A DNA stretch of 58,329 nt, the filler included, from Jimgerdemannia flammicorona (taxonomy: Eukaryota), in assembly GCA_003990765.1 (NCBI GenBank). It is 2 parts of 2 records of this genome, joined end to end, with 100 filler letters (N's around TTAATTAATTAA, not from the genome) between each part and the next. Parts side by side here need not be neighbours in the genome. Positions count along the whole stretch, not along the records: positions 1 to 29,121 come from RBNJ01000516.1; 1 more part is not named here. One strand, written 5' to 3'. The translations under genes and the position numbers were made by a program. Positions 1 to 14,134 of this stretch are shown piece after piece; within the stretch, counting starts at the first letter, position 1, and each line of letters begins with the position of its first letter. Below the pieces are notes generated by a model, which saw nothing but the letters and a program-made list of their open reading frames with translations, was not told the origin of the DNA and did no database searches.

Positions 1-3000
1 AAAAAAAAAAAAAGACTAGAGGGGCTATAACTAGAAATAGAGATAAGATTACTAATAGTATTATGATAGAAAATCTGGAAAAAAATATAAATATAATTAC
101 TGATAAGAGTAAGAAGACTTCAAAGGGCTCAGGTCTGATATATATGTAAGAGCAATCTGTTGAATAGAGTGATGAAACTAGTGGTAGCTCCATTATTTAA
201 GAAGTTAATTTCAGAGTTTATAGTTATATTGAGTTTCTGAGAACTAGTAGTAATGGTGAGGATAATCTTAGAGTTACTCAGCAATTAGTTGAGAGATATA
301 GTCTTAGTGAAGTTCCTTAAAAGATTGAAGAGAGTAGAGATTAAATTTATTAAGAAGAAGTATCTGATAGTAGTCTTGATAAAAGAGATAATAATATATA
401 GAAAAGATAGTACATAGTATCAATAACAAGATGCCTGAGATGAGACTCCAGAGTAGTATATCTGATAGTTAAGGAGGTCCCAATGATATCAATGGAGGAG
501 ATAAAGAGTAGAGTAGAAATAGTGATATAGAAATATAGAAATATCATGAATATCAGATTTTAGATATAAGAGATAAAGTTCAGAACTAGGAAAGTAAAGA
601 TAAGATTGAGGTTAGTCAGAAAGGAGATATAAGGGAAGACTAAAGATTGGCCTCAAGTATTGAAGTAAGAAACTTTTAAGTATAAGATATCAAGAATGAA
701 AAGATTAAAAGAGGATGAGAAGAATCTATTTATAGTATTTTAAGAGCTAGATAAAGCAGTTTAGCAATAGTTAAAGATATGAAAGACCTTTGAGGATATA
801 TAGGATAATAGTAGAGAAGATGAATAGCAAGAAGATAAAAATAGATAAGAAGGCATAGAAGAGAGTATAGAAGATATATTTGCAAAGAGAGCTATTAGAG
901 AGCTATAGATAAGTCAGGAGATTTAATAGAGAAATTCTCTAAGTAGACTGGAAGTTTGGAGACTTCTTAATATATTTCTTAGTATATAAGAATTATTGAA
1001 GAGAATAAATCAGAGTTCTTTATTGATCTGGATAAGAAAGTAGAGAAAGAAGAGCAGCAGCTGACAACCTCAGATACTAGAGTAGAGGCTAATATAAAGA
1101 TAGAGAATATGGTAATAAAGAGTATACAGAATATACAGTTTAGAGTAATAGATGCTGAGCAAAGAGATATTATTATTGGAGTTGAGAAGAAGGAGCTAGG
1201 AGGAGTTAGCTAGTATTGAGATAGAAGGTAGCATAATAGAGAAGATGAGACTAATAACTTCAGGTATGAGATTATATAAGAGAAGAGATATAAATATTAA
1301 AGGTACTTAGAGATTTGATAGCAGATAAATTGATAGAGATGGATTTCAAAATCCTTAATGAGAAGGTGTAGAAGAGATATTTGTCTAAAGATAGCATTAT
1401 AGATAAGTTGAGATTAGAGGTTCTGGTAGTTTTTCTAGAGGAGGAGAGTTATATAGTAGATGTGACTAAGAAGACTAAATTATTAAGTATGGAGCAAATA
1501 GTTGCTAAATACTGGATAGTAAGAAATAAAGCTAAGATATAGAAAGATATTAATGAGGACTATAGAGAGAAGATGAAAAAAAAGGCAAATATAGCTAATC
1601 AGAAAGTTCTGATAGAATTAGAGACTAAGAAAATAGAGAAAGCTAAAGTAAAGACTGAATGTCAAATAGATCTATTAAGAATAGATATGAAATTATGAAA
1701 GATTTGGAAAATATATGCAATACTTTAAAAATATTTTTTTTATAAATAATATAATATCTATTTTCTTAATGAATATCAATAGATTGTGAGATAGTATATA
1801 ATCTTGGAATATTTTTACTTCACTGAAGAATTTGGAGGCAGATCTGTTTCTACTTTAGGATATATAATATAATAATACTTTGAATAGACAGACTTGGACT
1901 AGAAAGTAGAGAGAGGAGGTAGAATAGTGAGAAAAGATTAGAATTCTGATATAAAAAGAAAAAAAGTGAGTTAAGAAATATTGGAGAATGAGAAAAATAA
2001 TTGCTATATAGAAGTATAGACTAGACTGGAGTGGAGTCCTATAGCAATTGGATATTATTATTGCTCTACTGTTCAAGAAGTAAGAGTGGAGTGATTGGAG
2101 AAACTGTTAAATAGTAATATACTGGTAGAGGTGAGGGGTAGACTTACTAGGTAGTAACTTTAATATAGTACAAAATACTACAGTAGATCAGTCTGGTATA
2201 GGGCTGAATATAGTTAGCAAACTGCTGGGAGATGAATATTTGGAAGAAGCTGGAAGTAGTGTAGTATCTTTAGTCAGATTATTGAATAGTACTAGAGCAG
2301 AGTAACTTTGGAGAGAGTGGAGATGAGTCTGAATATTAGTAGCTTAACTATACTCTTTTAGAGAATAGAGAGATATACAAGAAATAGAGTAGAGATATAA
2401 CTATACTTATTGGTTAATGGAGAGAGAAGAAGCTTCCAGCTGGAGTCTATTGATTGAAGTTAAAGGAGACAGTAAGGTCCTTCTGGAGAGAATTGGAGAG
2501 AGTGAAGGGTAGACTTAATAGAAAGAGAGTTGGATAAATCTTATAGTATTTGGAATAATTACTATTAAGGTTATCAGATCTATAAGAAAGGAAGAAGTAG
2601 GAGAACTAGTTGACAGAGAGAGTACAGATAGAAATAGAAGAACTTAAAGAGATCTTATATCAGGAGGAGGGGGAGCATATTTAGATATTAGTAGTAAGAT
2701 TGAGGTAGCAGTAGCTAGAGAAGAGTGAGAGATCAATAAAGTATCTTTCTAGAATACTATATATGAGGAGAGTATAGCAGTAATAAAAAGAAATTATTAG
2801 AGAGAATAATACTATAGTGACTGGAGTCCAGGGAATCCTGGACTTATTTAGAGATCAGTGAGAAACTTTGTGGAGTAAAGAGAAAGAAGAGGAGGATAGA
2901 GAGACCATTGAGACATTTCTGAAAATTTGGAGTCCTCTCTAGATAGAGAGTATTGAGAACTGGAGTAACTAGTTAAAAAGAAAGATATTTTGAGTATTCT

Positions 3001-5040
3001 CTCCACTATGAAGCTAGAGATAGCCCTGAATGAGAATAGTCTGCCCTGGGACTTCTGAAAGAAAATAGTGATAGTTGAGAAAGTTCTTCAGAAAATAAGA
3101 AAGATATATATATAATATAATTATTAATTCTGATAAGTAGCTAAGAGGTTAAAAGGTAGAGCTGGTGGTACTATTTTATAAAGACAAAGGAAGGAGAGAG
3201 AATTGAAAGAACTGGAGACTAATTATACTTCTGAATATAGACAGGAAATTTATAATTAAAGTACTTATAGTAAGACTATAGATAGTAATCTAATAGATTC
3301 TTAATGAGAAGTAAAAGGTCTATATTAGTGAATAGTTGATCAAAGATAGTATAGTATAGATACATGGAGTTATTGAAGAGATAAGGACTACTAGAGTAGA
3401 TGGAAGACTAGTCTTCTTAAACATATAATAGGGATTAGCAAATTTGACTTAGAAAAGTCTTAATAAGAATTGAAATCTCAGATAGACTGAGTAGATCACT
3501 TATCTTTCTTCTGAAAAGGAGCAAGGTAGTAGTTATAGTAAATAGACATTAGGGCACTTTATTTTCTTTGAAATAAGAGATAACACAGGGAGACTCATTA
3601 TTATCTATATTCTATATTCTATTACTGAAGCTATTGTTGAATAGAATAAGACAATAAGTTGATGGACTGATGATCCTGAGGGTAAATTGGAAAGTGGGGG
3701 TCTTTATAGATAATATAATAGTGAGTCTGAAGTCTATTGAGAATGTGGCTGAACTTAAGAAGATAGTTGATTAATATGAATAATACTCTGGACAGAAATA
3801 GAATTAATATAATTATAAGATAATAGTGCTAAAAAATAAAATAGCTAAAGAGAATATTATTAGTTCTATTATTCTCTCTAGAGAGACTATATATTATCTT
3901 AAAATATTCTTCTCAGTATATGGATCAGTACTGCCTAAGGTCTAGTGAAAGGGAAAAGTAAAGATCTGAAGAGACTCTTTGGAGAGCTGAAAAGAATATC
4001 ATATCTCTGGCAAGCAGAGTGATGATCATGAATATTTGCTGGATACTAAAGTTATAATACTTAATATATTATTTAGACTTTCTGGTTTAAGTAGTAAAGA
4101 AATTATTAAAGTTGACTTAGGATTAGATCTGGATAGATAAATAAAGTCAGATTAGCTAGGAGATATTATTATTACTAATAGAAAGAGAGAGAGAACTAGA
4201 TCTGGTAGATTTTCTAAAAAATCTATACTGTCTTTAAGTCTAGTAACTGAAGAGAATAGTAGAGTTAAAGAGAGGTAGATGAATTTCTTTAATATAGAAG
4301 ATATAGAGAACTCAATATACTCTCAGAGATACTTCTGGAGATTTACTAGTAATCATTAGAGGAGGGAGAAGTCAGAGGTTATAATATTGAGATTTTTGAT
4401 ATAGAGTAATTAAAGGTACTCATTGGATTGAACTCCATTAAGAAGACAATGTAGAGACTAAATAGTGATATCTAGAGATATAGCAGTGATATATATAAGC
4501 TACTATTAGAGAGTTCACCAGTAATTGAATTTAATATAAGGGTAGAGATAGAGAGTCAAGTATAGATCAAAATCTGTGACTAGAGAGTTGATAGTATATA
4601 AAGATTGATAAAGAGTGAAATTAGATGAAACTATAGATCTAGAGAGTAGAATGAGGAAGTAGATTCCCTCTAAGTTTTGGGTGGTCTGATAGAGATTACT
4701 GAGGTGGAATATTGTATTGAATTTCTGATCAGAGTACTTAATTATTTGTATATAAGAAGTGTATAAGTCAGATAAGAGAAAGGAGAAGTGTAGACTCCAG
4801 AATACTGATTAAGTTCTTGGTAGTTATTGGAAAAAGATAGAAAGATATTTGGATAGAGGCTTTAGAGAATAAGAGATTAGATATTAGAATATATTGAGAT
4901 AATATATACTGACTGACAAAGAAGTATCTGTTAAATCAGAAATGAAAGAGAAGAAAGTTGAAAACTACTTAGAGAAATAGTAAATATAAGAGATTTCAGA
5001 TCTTTGAGAGTATATTATACATATATATAATCATAATAAA
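1..5040 (+). mobile_element. Heavily mutated L1/Tx1-like LINE (ORF1 + APE endonuclease + RT), same family as 14092-20047
   Basis: The translation near 250-350 (VMVRIILELLSN*LRDIVLVKFLKRLKRVEIKF) aligns to ORF1 of the 14092-20047 element. LPWDF*KK near 3040 and NWRLIILLN near 3210 are RT motifs. Many stops and essentially no CpG. The ends are approximate. Confidence 0.85.
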
Positions 5041-7300
5041 GAAGGTATATAAGATATAAATGAGCTCTTCACTAGAGACTAATAGATTGTCCTGGGAATT
5101 TTGGAAGAAATTCTAAGTGGAGTTTAGAAGTTAGCTAGCTGAAATAATAAATAAAGTAATAAAGTATAATATCTAGTTGAATAATAGTATCTTGGATTTA
5201 GTTTTATTGATTTATAAGAACAAAGGTAACTAATAAGTCTGGCATAATTAGTAGCCTATAATGCTCTTGAATATAGATTGCAAAATAGTATTAAAATATT
5301 AGTAAGATTATTGCAAGAGAAAATAGAACATATTATTAGAAGAGATTAGAGGAGCTTTATAAATAGAAGACAGATCTAAGATAGTATGATATGAGTCCAG
5401 AATATCTTAGAGAGTTGCAGAAGTCAATATATAGATATAAGACTAATTTTTCTCAATTAAGAGAAGATATTTAATAGAGTATATTAGAGATACTTAAAGA
5501 TAGTATTAGAGAAGGTGAGCTTTAGTTACTTGGCAGAAAACTGACTAATGAGATTACTAAGAGGTGATCAGACTACCATCTTAATAAATAAATAATGTAG
5601 TAAAGAGTTTAGATTAGACAGGGGAGTATCTGAGGAGACCCACTATCTCTACTATTATATATTCTCTCACTAGAGCCCCTGCTTGATAGATTGTAATAAT
5701 AAATATCTAGACTATACTTCAGTGAGGTAGTTTGATAGTTGGGAGCCTTTATCAATAATATAGTGACTAGATTGAAAAGAATAGAGAATATTGACTTTAT
5801 TTAAGAAGAAATCCAGTAATATAAGAAGAGATTTGAGGCTAAACTAAACTGAGATAAGTATGAAATAATAGATATTTAAGAAAAATTGGAAGAGGACAGG
5901 AGATTTAGCAAAACAATTTCTAATAATAATATAGTAAGATATCTAGAGATCTGGTTTTCTATCTATAGAACTATACTGAAAAAAAACTAGTGAAAAAAAA
6001 TAGTAAAGATATGAAAGATAGTACTATAAGGATGGACAGAAAGAAACTTCTCTCTAATAAGTCATATGATGGTTCTAAATATTTATTAGCTATCAAAATT
6101 GTAGTATCTTAACTATTATCTGAATTTTTCAAAATGAGTAGTAAGGAGACTACTAAAGACAATAGCTGAATAATTATAAAAGGAGAAGAGACTACAAGTA
6201 AGTTGGAAGATCTTGATGCTAAAAGTTAGAGATAGAGGATTGGGTGTTATTAATCTAAGATAATATCTTAAAGTTCTTCAGAGATAGTAAAGAAAGTGAA
6301 TAGTTGAACTAGATAATAAGAAGTAATACAGACTAATAAGAGATAATTGGAGAATCTGATTCTACTCTAAAGAGAAGAATGGCTAAGATTTCCAGAATAT
6401 TCTTCAAGTTTAAGATATGAGAGAACTATATTATATGAAATTCTGATAGGGAATAGTGAAAGCATAGATTAATATAAGAATGAGAGAACTGAAGGAAATA
6501 GAATAGAAGGACCAAAAAATAGTTGATTGGAATATAAAGAACATTTGTCTAAGTGAATAGAAGTTATTAAAATATTCTTTAGAGGATATAATAGAGTAGC
6601 TAAGAATTAATTCTCTAGAGAAGTAACCTATAGGATAGTAGAAGGCAGGGCTTAGAGAGGAGTGAAGCTGGTTAGATATTTGGTAGTAGATTAAGAAAAT
6701 ATAATGTTTCATACTTTTTAAGTATTGAGTAGTATAGTAATAGTTCTTAAGATAAAATATAATATTAGTATATAGAATAGATTGAATATATGAGAATAGT
6801 CAAAGAGAGTATAAATAGTATAAAGAGCTAAGAGATATCCATACTCAGACTCTGGAATATATCTTGATGAATTGTTAAGATATAGAAGGATACTGGTATC
6901 AGTTAGAAGAAATATAGCAAAATAGAAGCTAGTAAGTAGAAAAGACAGTAGTCATTATAATATAGAGAAGATTGATTGATAATATTGATGATATATAAGG
7001 TAGACTAGAAAGGATTATTGGATTATAGGTATTAATAGCAATAACTAGAGATAGATATTTGAAAATAATCAGTAGATAGACATTGAAGATCTAGTTAATA
7101 AATAGAAAAAATTAGTAAGAGAGACTATCTAAAATTAGTAGTATCAAGAGAGAGAGAATGGTAAGATAATGCCAAGAAAGATGGTAAAAATAACACTAGC
7201 TAGTTAAGAAAGACTAATACTAAGAGAAAATAGAGTACATACTATAGTTTTGAGTAGATCTTTGAATATTTATATAGAGGAGAATTAGGAGATAGATACT
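5040..7300 (+). mobile_element. Second degenerate LINE fragment (RT to 3' end)
   Basis: A second RT start (LSWEFWKK near 5085), GVSEETPLSLLLYILSLEPLLD (QGDPLSP-like) near 5620 and GAFINN (xADD-like) near 5745. Boundaries are approximate. Confidence 0.75.
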
Positions 7301-7786
7301 TCAAAAATAGATAGTTGTATAGTTTCCAAAAGGGATATCTTTCAGTATAATGTAATTTCTATTTATATCTCAGCAGGGTAAGAAGAAAGGTCTGACTTTC
7401 TGATAACTTTGATAGTAGCTCTACTAGTAAGTATAGGTATATTTATAGATAATATCAATATGATTAAAAGTGGTAAATATGACTGATAGTTTTAGAGAGA
7501 GTAAATAACCTCAGAACAATAGTAGAGATAGATAGCACTGATACAGAATAGAGGTCTGATAGATGTTTACTAGCAATATACTCCAGAAAGATCTGATGAA
7601 ATAATAAAATAGATAATTACTAATAGTAGAGTTGTGGGGTCCCATATTAATCAGATATATACTAGTAAGGAGTAGATTGAACTTATACCTAACACTACTA
7701 TCTTATATTACTCCTACTTTAATCATAAAGATATTAAGAATTGTATTCAGTATTTATAGAATAAGAAGATTAGAAATAGCTATTAG

Positions 7787-8164
7787 TAGTGCTCCCAATG
7801 AATCAAGGGTCCAATTCAATTCAATTCAAATCGAATCAAAGGTCTAATTCAATTCAAAGTTTGATTCGAATCTTAATTTTCAAAATGTAATAACTCGACG
7901 AAAACTTATCCAAATTTAACATATTTTAGCTTGTTAGATTTATCATATTAATTTAATTCTAACAAGCTAAAGTACGTTAGATTTCGATGAGTTTACGCTG
8001 AGTTAATGCATTTTGAAAATTAGGGTTCGAATTAGACCCTCAATTCAATTCAACTTTTGATTCGATTCGAATTGATTTGAATTGAAAAATCCCCAATTTG
8101 ATTTGACTCATTTAACCCTCAATTCGATTTGATTTGAATTGATTTGACTCGTTTGGGAGCACTA
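7787..8164. mobile_element. hAT-type foldback MITE (least mutated copy)
   Basis: Terminal inverted repeats (TIRs) TAGTGCTCCCAA...TTGGGAGCACTA. Perfect 8-bp TSD GCTATTAG at 7779-7786 and 8165-8172. Subterminal ATTCA/TGAAT repeats and a central inverted repeat. Retains CpGs. Confidence 0.93.
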
Positions 8165-9055
8165 GCTATTAGTAACTCAATATAGCTTTATTGAAAAGAG
8201 AGATAAGAGTCCAGAAGTTTTATGATTAGTAGAAAATATACTCAGTTAAGAGAGAAAAACCAGTGGTAGAATAGAGGCAGTTTAAGTCTTGAACTTAGGC
8301 TTTCTTTATAGAAGAAAGAGAATTTATAAGATAAAGTCAAAGAAGATACTTAAGTATCTTAAGAGAAGGCTGTAGGAGTTATCTGCTCAAATGACTAAAG
8401 GAGAGAAGATCAGTGAGGATAATATTACTAAGAGAGTACTACTAATTACTGAACTTTATATATAAAAGAATAAATATATTGAGAAGCTTCAGATCTGAGT
8501 TCAGATCAAGTGGGTAGAAGAGAGAGAGAGATCTACTCAGTACTTTTCTAAGTATATTAGAGCTAAGTATATCTACAAAAGTATGTCAGGAGTATTGCTA
8601 GAGAATGACCTTATAATTATTATAGAAAATATAATGATAGTAAAAAGAATAAGATAATTCTACTCTAAACTATATAATAGTAGAAAGATAGTAGATGAGA
8701 CTGCTAAAGTATTATTGAAAGCAATATCTATAAGAGTGGATCTAAAGACTCAGACTCAGATAGACTAAGAATAAAGAAGAATATTCTGTCAACTATAGGT
8801 ATATAAGAATAAGACAAATAGTACTCTAGAAGATGATAGACTTTTATAAAATTTCTATAAGACATTTGCTAAGATTGTAGCCTCTATACTGATCAAGCTG
8901 CTCACTCAGATAATATGTTAAGAAGTTCTTATATCTTATAGCCTATATCTTACTGATCTATAAAAATAAAAAAAGAGAGGAAATTTGCAATCTATTTTAC
9001 TGCTTAACTACAACTGTAAAATTCTTATCAGGATTCTGGCAGAGATTATATAGAG

Positions 9056-9365
9056 TAGTACTCTTAAATAAATTGAATCAATTCAAATCAAATTAAATTG
9101 GAAATTTTTTAATTCAAATAAAGTTCAAATCAAATTAAGAGTCTAATTTAAATTCTATTTTTTGAAATATAATAACTTGATGAAAACATATCTAAATTTA
9201 ATAACCTTTAGCTTGGTAGATTTCTCTTATATAGCAGAATATAATAAGCTAAAGATTGTTAAATTTGGACATATTTTTATCAAGGTATTATATTTCCAAA
9301 AATAGAATTCAAATTAAATTGAATTAGATCTTTGATATAATCAAATTGATTCATTGAGAGCACTA
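9056..9365. mobile_element. hAT MITE copy (opposite orientation to 7787)
   Basis: TAGTACTC...GAGCACTA termini, TSD ATATAGAG/ATACAGAG, same central hairpin. Confidence 0.9.
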
Positions 9366-9419
9366 ATACAGAGGACTATAGCTAGTATTATTTATGTCAG
9401 CTAAATAAGATTCATTAAA

Positions 9420-9425
<6 letters not shown>

Positions 9426-9456
<31 letters not shown>

Positions 9457-10450
9457 CTATGTTTATTTATTCAGAATATAGTTATATAGTGAACAGTAGG
9501 AAAATATCCTCTAGATTTCCTGACAAAAAAGTAAGTGGGATTAGGCTATATAATAGAGTAGCCTTAGATTACTTAATACCTAATCTTAGTAAGGTGGCTA
9601 GGGCTTAGTTCTCTCTATCTTGAATCACTTCTATCTCCTCCTCTCTACTAATAACAATGTCTCCACTAAGACCACAATTAGCCCCCTTATATAAATAATA
9701 TATAGTATTTATAAAGTAAGAAAATAAAGTAGTATATAGACCTGATTCTTAGATCAGAGTAGTTTTAGAATACTCTATATTTAATTTGACTAATGCTAGA
9801 TAGTAGAGGCCTGATTCTCTCTAAAAGAGTAGTCTCAGGATACTCTTTATCTAATTTTATCTCTAGGAAAAAATCTCAATAATGAGTAACTCTACTCCTC
9901 CTTAGCTGCTCTATATTAGCCTATATATCTAATAAATAGATTTGCTATCCAACTACTACTCTCTCTATCTAACTTTGAGTTAGAAGTTACTATCTGACTT
10001 ATAATATTAGTATCTTAAGTAAGTACTATTATTATACTCAACCTTACCCCAAAGGACTATTGGATATGTATAATCTCAGTATCTTGAGTATTCCTATAGT
10101 ACTGTATCAGGCCTACTAATTTACCTCTCTCTAAAGCAGTGAAATAGTCACTCTATTGATTATTTTCTTAATTATTATATTATCACTGGTCAATTCTCTA
10201 ACTCAATTATTACTGCTATCTTATATTATACTATTTGTTATCTGCCAATCATCTATTGCTATTACTCTATATATCAAAATCACCTCATCTACCTTGATCA
10301 ATTATCTACTATATCTTCTAAAATTCTCTAAGCACCTTCTAAATTTACCCAATATATCTTTATATTTTAAAGATATAGTGAAAGTTTCCTTAGTATAAAA
10401 GAAAGCCTAAGAGTCTAACCTATATCTCTGAGTCTATTAGAGTATACTAA
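9426..10450 (-). mobile_element. 3' end of a degenerate poly(A) retroelement (LINE)
   Basis: Poly-T at about 9426-9456 followed by TTTATT (AATAAA on the minus strand), then CT-rich CpG-free sequence. The right end is approximate. Confidence 0.5.
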
Positions 10451-10779
10451 TGAGTTGAATACTTACTACAAAGCTGACTACTTTATCAGAAGAGTGATTC
10501 CTTATCATTTTATATGTATTATTATCAGTAGCTCTTAGAGTTTATATTATACTATCTGGTTTCTAAAATATTGAAACCTTGAATTTTTGAAAACTGTAGC
10601 TTGAAGTTAGAGCAACTTGATACTATTAGACTTCTCTTCTCTTGTTGCTTTAAATATACTCAACTTTAGAGTACTAATGGTCTCTCTTTTCCTATATCAT
10701 AGAGATTTAATTTCTACTTAAGTCTTTTTACTAATATGATTTATTATTGAAGAGAGACTTATTTAGTATAATATTATAA

Positions 10780-11045
10780 TAATTAATCAGATTTTGATTT
10801 ATTATTAGTAAGTAGAAGAAAAGGATATACTCATCTTTCTGAATTAAGAGAAAGTATTAACAAGGTACTAGAAATACTTAATACTAGACTACTTATAATT
10901 TAGATTTTAGAAGAGGATCTATCAAGCTATAGAGTCATATTAGAGCAATTAACATAGTTAATAGATTTGTCAGTAAAGAGTTCCCCATTAAGTAAGATAT
11001 TCTACAGAGTGACTCTATATCTCCAATCCTATATAATATTATTTT
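10780..11045 (+). mobile_element. Short LINE RT relic
   Basis: ILQSDSISPILYNI (RQGDPISPxLY-like) near 11000. Confidence 0.5.
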
Positions 11046-12057
11046 AAAAACTGTATAATAATTTGTCTAATTTTTTTAAATTTTATCTATATAATATTAA
11101 GACCTTTACTCTTTATATCTTTATTTTTTTCTTAATTCTTCTGGTAATTCTTAATTTTTAGAATTTGATTCTTATTGAAGAATTTTCTTAGTAAGTGAGA
11201 TTTATACTTCTATTAGAATTGATATATAATTATTGATAAATTTCATAGATAATTTTCTCTTTTTCTAAATATTCTTAAATAGCTTTGATGTCAGATATTT
11301 TAAAAACATAAGAAGCAATTTTCTTGCCTTATTCTTGTTTTAAAATACTTCTGATAGTACTGTAATTTTTGGACTCCATCATAGATTTGATGTAAATAAG
11401 TTTCATATTTATATTTATATGGAGATAGTCCTATATCATTTGAGTTATCAGTGATTGCTTATCAGTACTTTCAGTAAGACAGCTTTTCTTTGAAAACTTA
11501 TAAGGCGCCAACGAACAAAAACATCATAATTACACGAAATTTGGCTTTCCAACCAAAGATTCCAACAGCGAAGAGCTGAAACAATGATAAACCGTTCATT
11601 TTGATCTCGACCCCATGCCTACAGGCACTCACCAGGCGGCATCTTCTTGTCTTCTATTTCTTCCAAAACGTGTTTATCTCCATCCTGCGTTTCTTTTTCA
11701 GCCATCCATCATCTGCAGCACAAAAAAGGCCAGAATGACGGCCTCGATTTTCTTTATCTCCCTATAGCTCTTTTGCAACCTAGTTGGCCGCCACTGACGT
11801 TTGAAACTTAAAAGGTTTTAAATCGCTTGAGGCTCTTTCTAAGTTTTATATGAAACACCTCCGCTTGGTAATCATCCTTTAGTTGTATAAAATATCTGTG
11901 GGAAGCTTCATCTACTCCAAGATGATGGTTGAGAAATATATAAAGGCGGTTTTGAGAATAATTAGGCCATGATGCCCCAGAAAACCTCTGATGAGAGACT
12001 GTACTCCAGTCCATTAAAGCGATGTCACATGATTTATTGCAGCTCACGTAATTTCTT

Positions 12058-14089
12058 ATGCCGCCCTTCATTCCCACTGACTGAGTATCCACTGAGTATG
12101 CTGCCCTTGACGACTACGTGCTTCAAACTCCTGCAAGCGAGTGGTCTTTATCAGGCTTCCTTGAACATCGAGCGAATAAGAAGGATTTCACTAGACAGAA
12201 AGATAAGGAACATTTTCGATACCAGAGGTGTTTGGCTGCCGTGCAATCATCAAACGAATTCAACGCAGCTGAGAAGGAACAAGCGGAACACTGCCTCAAA
12301 CATTTTCCGGTAAGTATGACAGGCGATACCATATCCCTTTTTTCGGGATCAAAATGGCTTCGTGCTGCTCCCACAACACGGACGGAAGCTTCGTGCTGAA
12401 GTTCGCGCTTCGTGCTGCTTGTGGTTAAATCACCATGGAGGCTTCGCGCTATTCCTGCAACAAGGAGAGCGGCTTCGTGCTGCTACTCTGAAGGCTTCGC
12501 GCTAGTTGCGGTCCATATCTCTCTGGTCATGGTTCAATGATAGGTCGCGTTATTTTTCGCGTTCATATTAGGACGAGATCGCTAACGAGAATATCAATCA
12601 TTTTTGGCGGCTCACCGCGTTGGAGAAAAACAAGGTAGCGTCGTTATTCTGTCTTGTATCGTTCACTAGTAGGGAATTGCCTCAAATGGTCCTGGCCGTA
12701 GTGGTCATTTTTTGCGCGGACAGGTTTTTTTTTTTTTCCAACCCAGAGAATTAATTCCCTTTTTCTCCCTTTCCGCAGACAAAGCTAATGGCTCTCGAGA
12801 AAAAGATGGATGTCTCGAAAAAAGAGAAGGAACTGCTGATTGAACGTACAATGCTTCAGCATGTACGCACCATTTCTTTCTCATGAGCGTGAACGTTCGG
12901 GTTCTCTCTCTTGTGCTTTTCTAATTAGTTGCGTTTTACAGGCCGAGCTACTACATATCACAACACAGGAAGCTGGAAAGCAATCCCATATATTACAGAA
13001 AGGAATTACTCGCGCCGTACGCAAACGGTGTCGAGACGAGGATGCGGAGATACCCGTGAACGCCATTGAACGAAATCGCGGCTCGATCGGTTTCGATGCG
13101 GACAACACTGTTGAAAGACGTGAAGGACTCGAAGGCCAGGAGCAATTCGACGTTGTCGAATGTGACATGGAGCTAGGGACCTCGCTTACTTCCAAAGAGT
13201 CGACTCCATCTTGGATCCATGAAGCGTGCAGTGCGGTAGAAGAAATTCGAAAACTTACTAACGGTGTAGAAAGGTAAGAAATAAGTCGTTTGTTTTCGTT
13301 TAATGATACTTGCTTATTCCATTTCTTCCAGCCCCATGTGGTGGCGCATTCTGGACCTTCGTCCGGAAACTGACCGGGTAGGTGTTGCCAACAAACGAGC
13401 CAAGGAATATCTCAAGCCTGATACACTGAAGAGACTTGTACCACCAAGGCTTGCCTTACAACAAGGCATCGCGGATGAACGAACAATCATGGTGTTGAAC
13501 ATCTTGCAGGTACGAAAACCTCCTATGCTTAGATTGCCGACAGGCTTAGCAACGACCTTGCTCATCTCTTATTCCTCATCATTTTAGAGTATGCCCTCTT
13601 CCAAGATGATTGCACAATTTCGCAAATTTCCAGTCATCGGAACATATGGAATATCAGGATGTGTTCTCAACCAAGAATAAGATGCAGGCAAAATGGGATG
13701 ATTTGGAAGAGTTGCTGGAGAAGAGAGCGAATGATGGAACGCCGGTTGACAACACGGATAAGTCCGATGCGGAAACCGAACGCCTTTCATCTTTAGCTGG
13801 AGAGAAATTGGAAGAACTGACGCGACACAAGGACATTATCGGGCTCTCTCAGTGTGTTTACGAAACGTAAGTATATATTCTATTGCTATTTCGACACGAC
13901 GACGGAGAGACAGAAGACGAACGGCGTGAGCCTAGACTCTGGGCTTGATGATGCAATCATTAGGTTGGTTTCTTTCTCTTTTTTCTTAAATTTTACTGTC
14001 TCACCATACTTACTACCTTCGTCTCTTCTACCCAGGCTTCTCTCTCACGGCCAAGCGACCACACAATACCCGTCATGCCTTTGGCTTGT

Positions 14090-14134
<45 letters not shown>

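Larger units (their letters stand above)
7300..9420 (+). mobile_element. Third degenerate LINE fragment (EN, linker, RT start) interrupted by two MITEs
   Basis: LEDDRLL*NFYKTFAKIVASIL (PGxDGLPxEFYK-like) near 8830 and SILLLNYNCKILIRILAE (PISLLNxDYKIL-like) near 8990. Confidence 0.7.

Noticed and set aside
1..11000. Possible alternative genetic code suggested by the many in-frame TAG/TGA
   Set aside because: The stops map to CAG, TGG and CGA transitions in TE relics. Intact genes read normally in the standard code.
11050..12000. Possible divergent minus-strand gene relic (…EINTFWKK…, EVFHIKLRKSL)
   Set aside because: Too many stops and frame changes to build a model.
12779..13870. Syntaxin-like impression (PSWIHEA..VEEIR, coiled coil)
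   Set aside because: No SNARE motif or transmembrane anchor, and the downstream exons fit a different family.
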